Source of the DNA: Desulfotalea psychrophila LSv54
GTDB taxonomy: Bacteria; Desulfobacterota; Desulfobulbia; Desulfobulbales; Desulfocapsaceae
Length of the DNA stretch: 32,000 bases
Reading direction: 5' to 3'
Assembly: GCF_000025945.1 (NCBI RefSeq)
Contig: NC_006138.1
Location: 2,400,001 to 2,432,000, forward strand
Shown: piece after piece, positions 9,701-17,630 of the stretch
Position numbering within the stretch: position 1 is the first letter of the stretch
Layout: each line of letters opens with the position of its first letter
The notes under the pieces: generated by a model
What the model was told of the DNA's origin: nothing
The model's input: only the letters and a program-made list of their open reading frames with translations
Database searches by the model: none
Program-made: the position numbers and the translations under genes

Positions 9701-12700
9701 TGGAGTTACAGTGCCACCATCGCCGATGGCACCACCTACCAGCTTAAGGTCAAAGAGACCGATGCCGCCGGCAATGAAAGTGCGGCCACCACCGACTTTG
9801 TCGTTGCAGGAGATACCTTCGCCCCGACAGCCAGTATTGATTTGGCCCTCCATACCGTTCAACTGGAAGCAATTGACAATCTCAGGGGCGATGACCACGC
9901 CCCTCAGGTCAGCGCTGTCGGTAACGCCGGTGAGTTTGTCGTCACCTGGCAGGGGCAGGATAGCGGGGGTGACACCAGCATTTTTGTGCAGAAATTCAAT
10001 GTCGATGGCAAGACCACGGGAGCCCCGGCACAACTGGAGGCGATTGGCAAGGTCGGGGGCGATGACGAATGCCCTCAAGTCAGCGCCGTCGGTAGCGCCG
10101 GTGAGTTTGTGGTGACCTGGTATGGGCAGGATAGCGCGGATGACTCCAGCATTTTTGTGCAGAAATTCAATGCCGATGGTACGACCCTGGGTAATGCCTC
10201 GGTACAACTGGAAGCGATTGGCAATGCCCGTGGCGCTGACTACTTCCCTCAAGTCAGCGCCGTCGGAAGCGCCGGTGAGTTTGTGGTGACCTGGTATGGG
10301 CAGGATAGTGATAGCGCGAATGACTTCAGTATTTTTGTGCAGAAATTCAATGCCGATGGCACGACCCTAGGTAATGCCCCGGTACAACTGGAAGCGATTG
10401 GCAAGGCCAGAGGCGCTGACGGCTACCCTCAAATCAGCGCCGTCGGTAGCGCCGGTGACTTTGTGGTGACCTGGCAGGGGCAGGATAGCGCGAATGACCC
10501 CAGCATTTTTGTCCAGAAGTTCAATGCCGATGGCAGGACCACGGGAGACCCGGTACAGTTGGAGGCGATTGGCAATGCCCGTGGCGCTGACTACTTCCCT
10601 CAAGTCAGCGCCGTCGGTAACGCCGGTGAGTTTGTAGTCACCTGGATGGGGAAGGATAGCGCGAATGACTTCAGTATTTTTGTGCAGAAATTCAATGCCG
10701 ATGGCACGACCCTGGGTAATGCCCCGGTACAACTGGAAGCGATTGGCAAGGCCAGAGGCGCTGACCACTACCCTCAAATCAGCGCCGTCGGTAGCGCCGG
10801 TGACTTTGTGGTGACCTGGCAGGGGAGTGATAGCGAGGGTGACTTCAGCATTTTTGTGCAGAAATTCAATGCTGGTGGCACGACCCTGAATAATGACCCG
10901 GTACAACTGGAAGCGATTGGCAAGGTCGGGGGCACGGACAGCAACCCTCAAATCAGCGCCGTCGGTAGCGACGGAGAGTTTGTGGTGACCTGGTATGGGC
11001 AGGATAGCGCGAATGACTTCAGTATTTTTGTGCAGAAATTCAATGCCGATGGCAGGACCACGGGAGACCCGGTACAACTGGAGGCGATTGGTAATCCCAG
11101 CGGCGCTGACTACATTCCTCAAATCAGCACCGTCGGTAGCGCCGGTGACTTTGTGGTGACCTGGCAGGGGAGTGATAGCGAGGGTGACGACAGCGTTTTT
11201 GTGCAGAAATTCAATGCCGATGGCACCCTGAATATGCCGCCCATCTTTACTGCGAGTGATAGCGTCCCAGTACAAAGCAGCGAAGTCGGCACGGCTTATC
11301 TGGTAAGTACCGATGTCACGGTCACCGACGTGGCCAGCATTACGGCTGCGGCAGATGGTCAGTGGAATCAGGTGGCAATTACAACGGCAGGCACCAACAC
11401 CGGTATGGCCACCACTGGGCTGGCTGATGGGATCTATTTTGTTTACAGTGCCGATGCCGCAGGCAACCTGTCGGCTGCGGCAGGCACCACAGTGACCATC
11501 GACAACACCGCCCCGACCGTATTGATCACCGACAATACCGACGGTACCGCCAACGGTCCTGTTACCTACACCTTTACCTTCAGCGAGGCGGTGACAGGTT
11601 TTACCGTTGAAGATGTGGTCGTGACCGGCGGAATTAAGGGCGCACTCACCGGCAGCGGCACGACCTATAATCTGGTCGTGACCCCTGACAGCTCGAGCAC
11701 CGCCGATATCGTCGTGAATGTGGCGGCCGATGTCGCGCAGGATGTGGCCGGTAATAACAATACCATTGCCGCCGAAAGTACCCAGTCCGTCGATACCGTC
11801 ATCCCAACCGTAGCTATCACCGACAATACCGACGGTACCACCACTGGGGATGTAACCTACACCTTTACCTTCAGCGAGGCGGTGACCGGTTTTGCCGCCA
11901 CTGATGTGGTCGTGACCGGCGGAACCAAGGGTGCACTCACCGGCAGCGGCACGACCTATAATCTGGTCGTGACCCCTGACAGCTCGAGTACCACCGATAT
12001 CGTCGTGAATGTGGCGGCGGATGTCGCGCAGGATGTGGCCGGCAATAACAATACCATTGCCGCCAAAAGTACCCAGTCCGTTGATACCGTCATCCCGACA
12101 GCCAGTATTGATTTGGTGACCCTCCCTGCCGTACAACTGGAAGCGATTGGCAAGGACGACGGCGGTGACTACTCCCCTCAAATAAGCGCCGTCGGTAGCG
12201 ACGGTGACTTTGTGGTCACTTGGGAAGGGCAGGAGAGTGCGGGGGAAGACAGCATTTTTGTCCAGAAATTCAATGCCGATGGCGTGACCACGGGAGTCCC
12301 GGTACAACTGGAGGCGATTGGCAATGCCACGGGCGATGACAGATGCCCTCAGGTCAGCGCCGTCGGCAGCGCCGGTGAGTTTGTGGTGACCTGGTATGGG
12401 CGGGATAGTGATAGCCCGGGTGACAATAGCATTTTTGTGCAGAAGTTCACTGCCAATGGCGTGATCACGGGAGACCCAGTACAACTGGAGGCGATTGGCA
12501 AAAAAGAGGGCAGTGACAACGCCCCTCAAGTCAGCGCCGTCGGTAGCGACGGTGACTTTGTGGTGACTTGGTTTGGGCAGGATAGCGCGAATAACATGAG
12601 CATTTTTGTGCAGAAATTCAATGCTGATGGCACGACCCCATCTCCGGTACAGCTGGAAGCGATTGGCAATACTACGGGCACGGACAACAACCCTCAAGTT

Positions 12701-14665
12701 AGCGCCATCGGTAGCGAAGGTGAGTTTGTGGTCACCTGGCAGGGGGATGATAGTGATAGCCCGAGTGACAAGAGCATTTTTGTCCAGAAATTCAATAATA
12801 AAGGCGCGATCCTGGGAGACCCGGTACAACTGGAAGCCATTGGCAATACTAAGGGCACGGACAGCCGCCCTCAAGTCAGCGCCGTCGGTAGCGACGGTGA
12901 CTTTGTGGTGACTTGGGATGGGCAGGATAGTGATAGCGCGAATGACAACAGCATTTTTGTGCAGAAATTCAATGCCGATGGTACGACCTCAACTCCGGTA
13001 CAACTGGAAGCCATTGGCAATAGTAAGGGCACGGACAGCCGCCCTCAAGTCAGCGCCGTCGGTAGCGACGGTGACTTTGTGGTGACTTGGGATGGGCAGG
13101 ATAGTAATAGCCCGACTGGCTACAGCATTTTTGTCCAGAAATTCAATGTCGATGGCGTGACCACGGGAATCCCGGTACAACTGGAAGCAATTGACATGGA
13201 CGGGGGCATTGATCTCTCTCCTCAAATTAGCGCCGTCGGTAGCGCCGGAGAGTTTGTCGTGACCTGGTCTGGGCAGGATAGCGCGACTGACTTCAGCATT
13301 TTTGTGCAGAAATTCAATGCCGATGGCGTGATCCTGGGAGACCCAGTACAACTGGAAGCGATTGGCAAGGACGGGGGCAAGGACAACAATCCTCAAATCA
13401 GCGCCGTCGGTAGCGCCGGAGAGTTTGTGGTGACCTGGCAGGGGCAGGATAGTGAGGGTGACAACAGCATTTTTGTGCAGAAGTTCAATGCCGATGGCAC
13501 CCTGAATATGCCGGCCATCTTTACTGCGAGTGATAGCGTCCTAGTACAGAGCAGCGAGGTCGGCACGGCTTATCTGGTAAGTACCGATGTCACGGTCACC
13601 GACGTGGCCAGCATTACGACTGCGACAGATGGTCAGTGGAATCAGGTGGCAATTACAACGGCAGACACCAACACCAATATGGCCACCACCGGGCTGGCTG
13701 ATGGGAGCTATTCTGTTTACAGTGTCGATGCCGCAGGCAACCTGTCGGCTGCGGCAGGCACCACAGTGACCATCGACAACACGGCCCCGACGCTACAGTC
13801 CAGCACCCCGACCGATGAGGCTACCGCTATCGCCCTGGACAGCAATATCGGCCTGACCTTCACTGAAAACGTTTCGCTGGGTAGCGGCGGCACCATCACC
13901 ATCACCGACGGCAACGACAGTCACGTGATCGACGTAAGCAACCCCTTAGGGCAACTCTCGATCACCGACAAGGTCCTCACCATCAACCCAACCGGAGACC
14001 TGGCCAATAATAGCGCCACCTACCATGTCGAAATCGGCGCAGGCGCTATCACCGACACGGCCGGTAACAACTATGCCGGAATAGCGGATTTAACTATCCT
14101 TAATTTTGACACCGAGGCAGCCGCGACTCCTGTCAACACTAATATTGTTGTATTCGATCTGGTTCATGGGGTGAGTTCTAGCCACGAGGGCGGGTACGGT
14201 GCGGCTGCGCGCGAGTTCAGCGACGACCCATCCGCCGCGTACACGATATACATTATGGTCGATTCCGATTCATCGGTATTAAACACCACCCCAACAGACG
14301 CCGCCGCAGGCGCTACCTGGGGCCAGTGGAACAATGCCGGGGCGTTAGGTGAAAATGACAGGATCGTGTTCGTCGGAGATGGAGCCCCTATCCAGCGGGC
14401 TGTCGGTAAGGTGGCAGATTCTGTGGCGGAGTATTCATATGCGATTCAGTTACAGGTGGATTGTGGGATTATGATGAGAGTAGCAAATGACGGGGAGGTG
14501 AAACGGTATACTGAAACGCATTTCACGATGTCGCATGGTATGTTGCCGGACTTTGATTTGTGGGGCGGTAAAGTTGGGAATATGGAGTTGGACGGTGGAT
14601 GCAAGGCAGATCTATACGCCGACGCTATTCCCGTGGGTATATTGACCAGCCAGGGGCTCGCATAA
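6773..14665 (+). CDS. Giant (2630-aa) T1SS-type adhesin-like protein. Modules in order: BapA/LapA-like N-terminal prefix domain, a Gly/Ala-rich hydrophobic segment, a cadherin-like domain, 4x84-aa Ig-like repeats, then two blocks of 8 'FVVTW...FVQKFNADG' repeats that each carry a duplicated tail domain and are separated by a pair of 97-aa Ig-like domains, then an SbsA/Big_5-like domain and a 172-aa C-terminal domain ending TSQGLA.
   Basis: The ORF is uninterrupted. The N-terminus reads ...GATYTLLD...PDNLIIKRSGDNLDIEI...IAQIEDFYG. The cadherin-like segment reads APTITSGDSATAIDENS...SYSFTVVATDAAGNSSEQTVSLAITDLDE. The C-terminus VVFDLVHGVSS...GILTSQGLA is paralogous to that of 1-5709. Confidence 0.9.
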   Translation: MKRLILIEVLAGGEVVEHSLQSASFKAQAGATYTLLDQDHSIPDNLIIKRSGDNLDIEIDEEPIAQIEDFYGQDLGAIYSVDGSLTPAEGMAITGTETTTAGPTDEIVWQASEGAESISPWVWAGGLLGAGGIAMAAGGGSSDGSSLADKGSASHDVTVRAVAGPFLATSHALVEFYDDGGNQLGTGKFETNGQVKLSIGDYKGAILVKVIDNNEGAGDYLDEASGLSLSLGAPLRAMGYADGNGDVYISVTPLTELAARQAGITGNEVNEADLAVNDQIAELFAVEDILAPVVTVVDDAYDSSDEINETAEHYGEILAQLSGADKTSGGLTDTLDKLKDAITVQDGSLALSQEGVELLADGVDAFEDGINAGKADLGSSLIQPPLIEAARDGINAAEKDAGVVVKISGVEVGDRITLHWGEEILNILPTDIDDKGMGTVMVPASKIGDAGDGSIAVQYQINDGNKSPAVIIEVDTSAPTITSGDSATAIDENSVADQVIYTATSTDTTDTATGATVYSLKAGSDAGLTIDGSTGEVKLVISPNFEAKPSYSFTVVATDAAGNSSEQTVSLAITDLDEIAPTAPTLGTSNGTELSGVAEAGSSVTVYAADGTTVLGTTMADASSGAYTFSPNPLTDGKTGSVVTTDTAGNVSAVMEITAVDGTAPGAPTLGTSNGTELSGVAEAGSSVTVYAADGTTVLATTTADASSGAYSFSPNPLTDGKTGSVVTTDTAGNVSAVTEITAVDATAPGAPTLGISNGTELSGVAEAGSSVTVYAADGTTVLKTTTADASSGAYTFSPNPLTDGKTGSVVTTDSAGNVSAVTEITAVDATASGAPTLGTSNGTELSGVAEAGSSVTVYAADGTTVLGTTTADATSGAYSFSPNPLTDGKTGSVVTTDSAGNVSAVTEITAVDATAPTAKFGTATDNIGSVTGNLSSGDTTDDTVLALSGSCEAGSTIKVYSGTTELGDATVSGSSWSYSATIADGTTYQLKVKETDAAGNESAATTDFVVAGDTFAPTASIDLALHTVQLEAIDNLRGDDHAPQVSAVGNAGEFVVTWQGQDSGGDTSIFVQKFNVDGKTTGAPAQLEAIGKVGGDDECPQVSAVGSAGEFVVTWYGQDSADDSSIFVQKFNADGTTLGNASVQLEAIGNARGADYFPQVSAVGSAGEFVVTWYGQDSDSANDFSIFVQKFNADGTTLGNAPVQLEAIGKARGADGYPQISAVGSAGDFVVTWQGQDSANDPSIFVQKFNADGRTTGDPVQLEAIGNARGADYFPQVSAVGNAGEFVVTWMGKDSANDFSIFVQKFNADGTTLGNAPVQLEAIGKARGADHYPQISAVGSAGDFVVTWQGSDSEGDFSIFVQKFNAGGTTLNNDPVQLEAIGKVGGTDSNPQISAVGSDGEFVVTWYGQDSANDFSIFVQKFNADGRTTGDPVQLEAIGNPSGADYIPQISTVGSAGDFVVTWQGSDSEGDDSVFVQKFNADGTLNMPPIFTASDSVPVQSSEVGTAYLVSTDVTVTDVASITAAADGQWNQVAITTAGTNTGMATTGLADGIYFVYSADAAGNLSAAAGTTVTIDNTAPTVLITDNTDGTANGPVTYTFTFSEAVTGFTVEDVVVTGGIKGALTGSGTTYNLVVTPDSSSTADIVVNVAADVAQDVAGNNNTIAAESTQSVDTVIPTVAITDNTDGTTTGDVTYTFTFSEAVTGFAATDVVVTGGTKGALTGSGTTYNLVVTPDSSSTTDIVVNVAADVAQDVAGNNNTIAAKSTQSVDTVIPTASIDLVTLPAVQLEAIGKDDGGDYSPQISAVGSDGDFVVTWEGQESAGEDSIFVQKFNADGVTTGVPVQLEAIGNATGDDRCPQVSAVGSAGEFVVTWYGRDSDSPGDNSIFVQKFTANGVITGDPVQLEAIGKKEGSDNAPQVSAVGSDGDFVVTWFGQDSANNMSIFVQKFNADGTTPSPVQLEAIGNTTGTDNNPQVSAIGSEGEFVVTWQGDDSDSPSDKSIFVQKFNNKGAILGDPVQLEAIGNTKGTDSRPQVSAVGSDGDFVVTWDGQDSDSANDNSIFVQKFNADGTTSTPVQLEAIGNSKGTDSRPQVSAVGSDGDFVVTWDGQDSNSPTGYSIFVQKFNVDGVTTGIPVQLEAIDMDGGIDLSPQISAVGSAGEFVVTWSGQDSATDFSIFVQKFNADGVILGDPVQLEAIGKDGGKDNNPQISAVGSAGEFVVTWQGQDSEGDNSIFVQKFNADGTLNMPAIFTASDSVLVQSSEVGTAYLVSTDVTVTDVASITTATDGQWNQVAITTADTNTNMATTGLADGSYSVYSVDAAGNLSAAAGTTVTIDNTAPTLQSSTPTDEATAIALDSNIGLTFTENVSLGSGGTITITDGNDSHVIDVSNPLGQLSITDKVLTINPTGDLANNSATYHVEIGAGAITDTAGNNYAGIADLTILNFDTEAAATPVNTNIVVFDLVHGVSSSHEGGYGAAAREFSDDPSAAYTIYIMVDSDSSVLNTTPTDAAAGATWGQWNNAGALGENDRIVFVGDGAPIQRAVGKVADSVAEYSYAIQLQVDCGIMMRVANDGEVKRYTETHFTMSHGMLPDFDLWGGKVGNMELDGGCKADLYADAIPVGILTSQGLA
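8510..9517 (+). repeat. Four in-frame 252-bp (84-aa) Ig-like tandem repeats.
   Basis: Units start at 8510, 8762, 9014 and 9266. Each reads AP.APTLGTSNGTELSGVAEAGSSVTVYAADGTTVL.TT.ADA.SGAY.FSPNPLTDGKTGSVVTTD.AGNVSAV.EITAVD.T. Confidence 0.9.
9857..11242 (+). repeat. Block 1: eight 57-60-aa repeats with consensus VQLEAIG...G.D..PQ(V/I)SAVG.(A/D)G(E/D)FVVTW.G.DS...D.SIFVQKFNADG.
   Basis: I counted eight consecutive units in the translation. The family is recognisable by the FVVTW and FVQKFNADG strands. I cannot name a domain for it. Confidence 0.85.
11519..12100 (+). repeat. Two 291-bp (97-aa) Ig-like domains: ITDNTDGT..G.VTYTFTFSEAVTGF...DVVVTGG.KGALTGSGTTYNLVVTPDSSST.DIVVNVAADVAQDVAGNNNT.
   Basis: The units start at 11519 and 11810 and are near-identical at the nucleotide level. 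Confidence 0.85.
12131..13516 (+). repeat. Block 2: a second set of eight FVVTW/FVQKFNADG repeats, offset 2274 bp from block 1.
   Basis: I counted eight units. The last unit ends FVQKFNADGTLNMP(A/P), exactly as in block 1. Confidence 0.85.
13517..13792 (+). repeat. Second copy of a 92-aa tail domain (IFTASDSV.VQSSEVGTAYLVSTDVTVTDVASIT...VTIDNTAPT). The first copy is at 11243-11518.
   Basis: The nucleotide sequence is near-identical at an offset of 2274 bp. The same out-of-frame 60-aa ORF appears at 11313-11495 and again at 13587-13769 in the ORF track. Confidence 0.9.
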
Positions 14666-14940
14666 CATTACCGTTGTGGTACTAAGCCAGGCCACGCCCA
14701 GCTTCGCCAGCGCTCGGTATCTTCCATCATCCGTTGCTGTGTCTGCTCAGTTAAGAGACGCAGCTTTCGGGCTTGCTCGATTGAAAACTGTCCTGCGTTT
14801 TCGAAGTACTCGCCATCCCGGGAGGGCAAAAGCCGGTGGATACTGTGGTGGAAACGCAGGAGCAGAATCGGCCTTAGCCGGATTAAGATTGGCCGCCTTG
14901 AGCAGGGCAGCAATCAGGAATTTACATTTATGGTATTGAT

Positions 14941-17610
14941 TTGAATTATATAGATATACTTCGTCAGCTCGCAGATCAACAGCAGTTCACCCTGCTCCAT
15001 CTCAACGCCCAGCGCTATCTGCAGGAATCGGCTGATGTGCAGGCCCTGCCCCTGCTGGCCCTGGCCCTGGCCCATCTGGGCGAGCGCAGTGAAGCCGAAG
15101 CCGTACTGGCCCAGATCGAGGCCTGTCTGGCCGACCTCGATCTGGATGCGCGGGTGGATCTGGCCGCCGTCTACTGCCTGTTGTGGCGCTCTGCTGAAGC
15201 CGTAGCCCTGCTCGAAGCGGCCCTGGCCATGAGCGACGATCATTCCCTGGCCCTGGCGCGTCTTGCCTGGTGCCGCATGCAGGAGGGTAACAGGGCTGAG
15301 GCCTGCATTCTCTACCGACGATCTGCTGAGCTAATGCCGGATCGCCTGCCGGTCTGGAGCGCCCTGGCCCGACTTTATCTGGAGGCAGGCGATTATCCGC
15401 CGGCCCAACAGGCCCTGGAGATGGCCATCGGCCGCTTCGAGCTGCTGGCTGCCAACCTGCCTGAGGTCGTCGCCGCGACCTTTATGGCCCAGTTTCGTGG
15501 GCTGCAGTTGGAGATTTGGCTGAGCACGGATGCCCTGGCCCAGGCCGATGCCTGGCTGGCCGAGCGTCGCCAGACCCTCCCGGAGGAGGAGTGGACGCAG
15601 CTGATTCTTGGCTATTCTACCCTGCTGGCAGGGCAAGAACGCCATGCCGAGGCGGAAGAGAGCCTGGGCAATGCCCTTAAACACTATCCGCAAAACCTTG
15701 CCCTGATCTCGCAGCTGGCAGAACTGACCCAGCTTCAGGGGCGCACCATACAGACGGTGCAGTTACTGCGCCGGGCAATTCGACTGGCCAAAGATCAGGA
15801 TAAACCGGAGGTGGGTCTGTGGGTGCGGCTCTCCGCTGCCTGCCTGCAGCAGATGGAGGATCAGGCAGGCAAGGCCGCAGAGAGGGCGGTGGAACTGGCC
15901 GAGGCGATGGTGGAGACGGAGGCAGTGCCGTTGCAAATGATCCGCCAGTTGCGCCTGCAGGCAAAAAATGCCCGGGCCCAGGTGGAAAGTCAGGCCCAGC
16001 ATTTCGATGAGGCCGAAACCCTGTTCCGGGAAATCCTCGAAGAGAACCCCTGGTTTGTGCCGGCCCTGCAGGGTTTGGGCCAGCAGCAGATGCAGCGCGG
16101 CAACCTCGACGAGGCGGTGGCGCTGTTCGAACGGATCAAAGAGATCGACCCGGCCAGGGGTTACTCAGCGCTGATTAATGCCCGTCGGTTCCCTGACGAT
16201 GACGACAGCCTAAGGCGAATGGAAAAGGTCGCCCGCCAGCCGAGCCTTGAGGGACCGGTCCGTTCCGGCCTGCTTCTGCAATTGGCCTCTGCCTGGGAAA
16301 AACGTAAAGAGTTCGACAGGGCCTTCGCTCTGGCGGTGGAGGCCAACGATTCGAGCAAAAAGCGGCTGCGCTACGACCCTAGAGCCCATCGCAATCAGTG
16401 TGCCCGCATTCGGGCAGGATTCAGCAGGTCACTCTATGAGCATCGGCCGGCCTCTGGCCTTGATTCCACCCTGCCGGTTTACGTTCTGGGGATGCCTCGT
16501 TCCGGCACCACCCTGGTTGAGCAGATTCTCGCCGGTCATAGCCAGATCTTTGGCGCAGGTGAACTCGGGGTGATCCCTCAGGTGGTGCAGGGCCTCAACC
16601 GCTGGGAACGACATGTCGGTTCCGGCCGCCACTATCCCGACGCGGTCGACGATCTCACCCCTCATGCCAGGGCTGGCATTGCCAACAATGTCCTCAAAGA
16701 GCTCCGGGAATATGCCCCCGAGGCAAGGCATGTGGTGGATAAACTGCCCCATAACTTTGAAAATATCGGCCTGATCAAGTTTCTCTTTCCGCAGGCCAAA
16801 ATCATCTCGGTGCGTCGCGACCCACGCGATATTGCCATCTCCAATTATTTTACCGACTATCAGGCCAAACACGGCGGCATGGGTTTTGCCTATGATCTGA
16901 CCAGCATCGGTGAGCAACTGGCCGATCATAACCTGCTCATGCATCATTGGCACCAGATCTTCCCCGGTGAAATTCTGGAGATCAATTACGAGGATGTGGT
17001 CGATGATCTCGAAGGCAGCGCTCGGAGGATGCTTGACTATATTGGGGTCGAGTGGGAGCCTTCGGTACTCAAATTCAACGAGCTGGAGCGTACCGTCAAA
17101 ACCGCCAGCGTCTGGCAGGTGCGGCAACCGATCTACAAAACCTCCAAGGCCAGGTGGATGCGTTATCAGGACCATCTGGCGCCGCTGATTCAGGGAACCA
17201 ATGCCAAAATCTGTCCCGATCCGATAGGGGATATGATTACCCTGCCGTTGCCGGGATTCTTAACCGATGGTGTTGAACTGTACCGCCAGGACGATCTCGA
17301 TGGCGCTGAGTTGAGTTTTAAGAAGATGTTACACCACAACCCCGAACACGCTGCCTGCAACTATATGGTGGGGCTGGTCTACTGTCGCAAGGGACATGTC
17401 GGAGAGGCGAGTCCCCTCCTGGAAAAGGCCCTGGAAAAGGCCCCCTGGCATAGAGAGTGGCGGGAAAACCTCGAAAGGGCTTACAGGCTTGTTGGCGATC
17501 AGGATAAACTTTTAGAATTACAAAATCGTTACCTTAAAAAAGATAAGACAGGGGATTGGTCTGACGACGAGACCCTGGCAGATTTCGAAATGTTGTTTAA
17601 GCAAAATTAA
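14941..17610 (+). CDS. TPR-repeat-flanked sulfotransferase. It has about 500 aa of N-terminal TPR-like helices, a PAPS-dependent sulfotransferase core and about 110 aa of C-terminal TPR. It appears cytoplasmic.
   Basis: The core carries VYVLGMPRSGTTLVEQILAGH (5'-PSB-type P-loop, PRSGTT at 16495-16512) and ISVRRDPRDIAIS (3'-PB-type motif, 16813-16830). Helical Ala/Leu-rich TPR-like repeats flank it on both sides. I see no hydrophobic N-terminus. The start is TTG at 14941, the first start codon after the in-frame stop at 14899-14901. An in-frame GTG at 15037 preceded by AGGAA is an alternative. Confidence 0.85.
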   Translation: MNYIDILRQLADQQQFTLLHLNAQRYLQESADVQALPLLALALAHLGERSEAEAVLAQIEACLADLDLDARVDLAAVYCLLWRSAEAVALLEAALAMSDDHSLALARLAWCRMQEGNRAEACILYRRSAELMPDRLPVWSALARLYLEAGDYPPAQQALEMAIGRFELLAANLPEVVAATFMAQFRGLQLEIWLSTDALAQADAWLAERRQTLPEEEWTQLILGYSTLLAGQERHAEAEESLGNALKHYPQNLALISQLAELTQLQGRTIQTVQLLRRAIRLAKDQDKPEVGLWVRLSAACLQQMEDQAGKAAERAVELAEAMVETEAVPLQMIRQLRLQAKNARAQVESQAQHFDEAETLFREILEENPWFVPALQGLGQQQMQRGNLDEAVALFERIKEIDPARGYSALINARRFPDDDDSLRRMEKVARQPSLEGPVRSGLLLQLASAWEKRKEFDRAFALAVEANDSSKKRLRYDPRAHRNQCARIRAGFSRSLYEHRPASGLDSTLPVYVLGMPRSGTTLVEQILAGHSQIFGAGELGVIPQVVQGLNRWERHVGSGRHYPDAVDDLTPHARAGIANNVLKELREYAPEARHVVDKLPHNFENIGLIKFLFPQAKIISVRRDPRDIAISNYFTDYQAKHGGMGFAYDLTSIGEQLADHNLLMHHWHQIFPGEILEINYEDVVDDLEGSARRMLDYIGVEWEPSVLKFNELERTVKTASVWQVRQPIYKTSKARWMRYQDHLAPLIQGTNAKICPDPIGDMITLPLPGFLTDGVELYRQDDLDGAELSFKKMLHHNPEHAACNYMVGLVYCRKGHVGEASPLLEKALEKAPWHREWRENLERAYRLVGDQDKLLELQNRYLKKDKTGDWSDDETLADFEMLFKQN

Positions 17611-17630
17611 TTTTAACGTAGTGAATAGAT

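Noticed and set aside
10367-12874. 835-aa ORF on the minus strand (with similar ones at 9575-10252 and 12989-13396).
   Set aside because: It lies entirely antisense to the FVVTW repeat blocks of the 2630-aa gene. Its own periodic motif (IEFLHKNA...) is the reverse-complement reading of FVQKFNADG. The repeats simply lack stop codons in the antisense frame. There is no independent start or RBS context, and no recognisable domain.
14668-14939. Two overlapping ORFs (81 aa on the minus strand, 87 aa on the plus strand) in the 275-nt gap between the second giant gene and the sulfotransferase. I considered them as a possible small RaxX-like peptide gene or an antisense regulator.
   Set aside because: Neither has a convincing RBS. 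The plus-strand product is Ala/Arg/Ser-rich with no acidic-Tyr motif and no leader-like N-terminus. The minus-strand product has a helical-looking C-terminal half (FSIEQARKLRLLTEQTQQRMMEDTERW), but I cannot match it to anything. This remains worth a transcriptome look, but it is unsupported as a feature.
16429-17175. 248-aa minus-strand ORF inside the sulfotransferase gene. GC-rich off-frame ORFs also lie at 15331-16358.
   Set aside because: It overlaps the region where the + frame shows the PAPS-binding motifs. High GC content suppresses stop codons in alternative frames.
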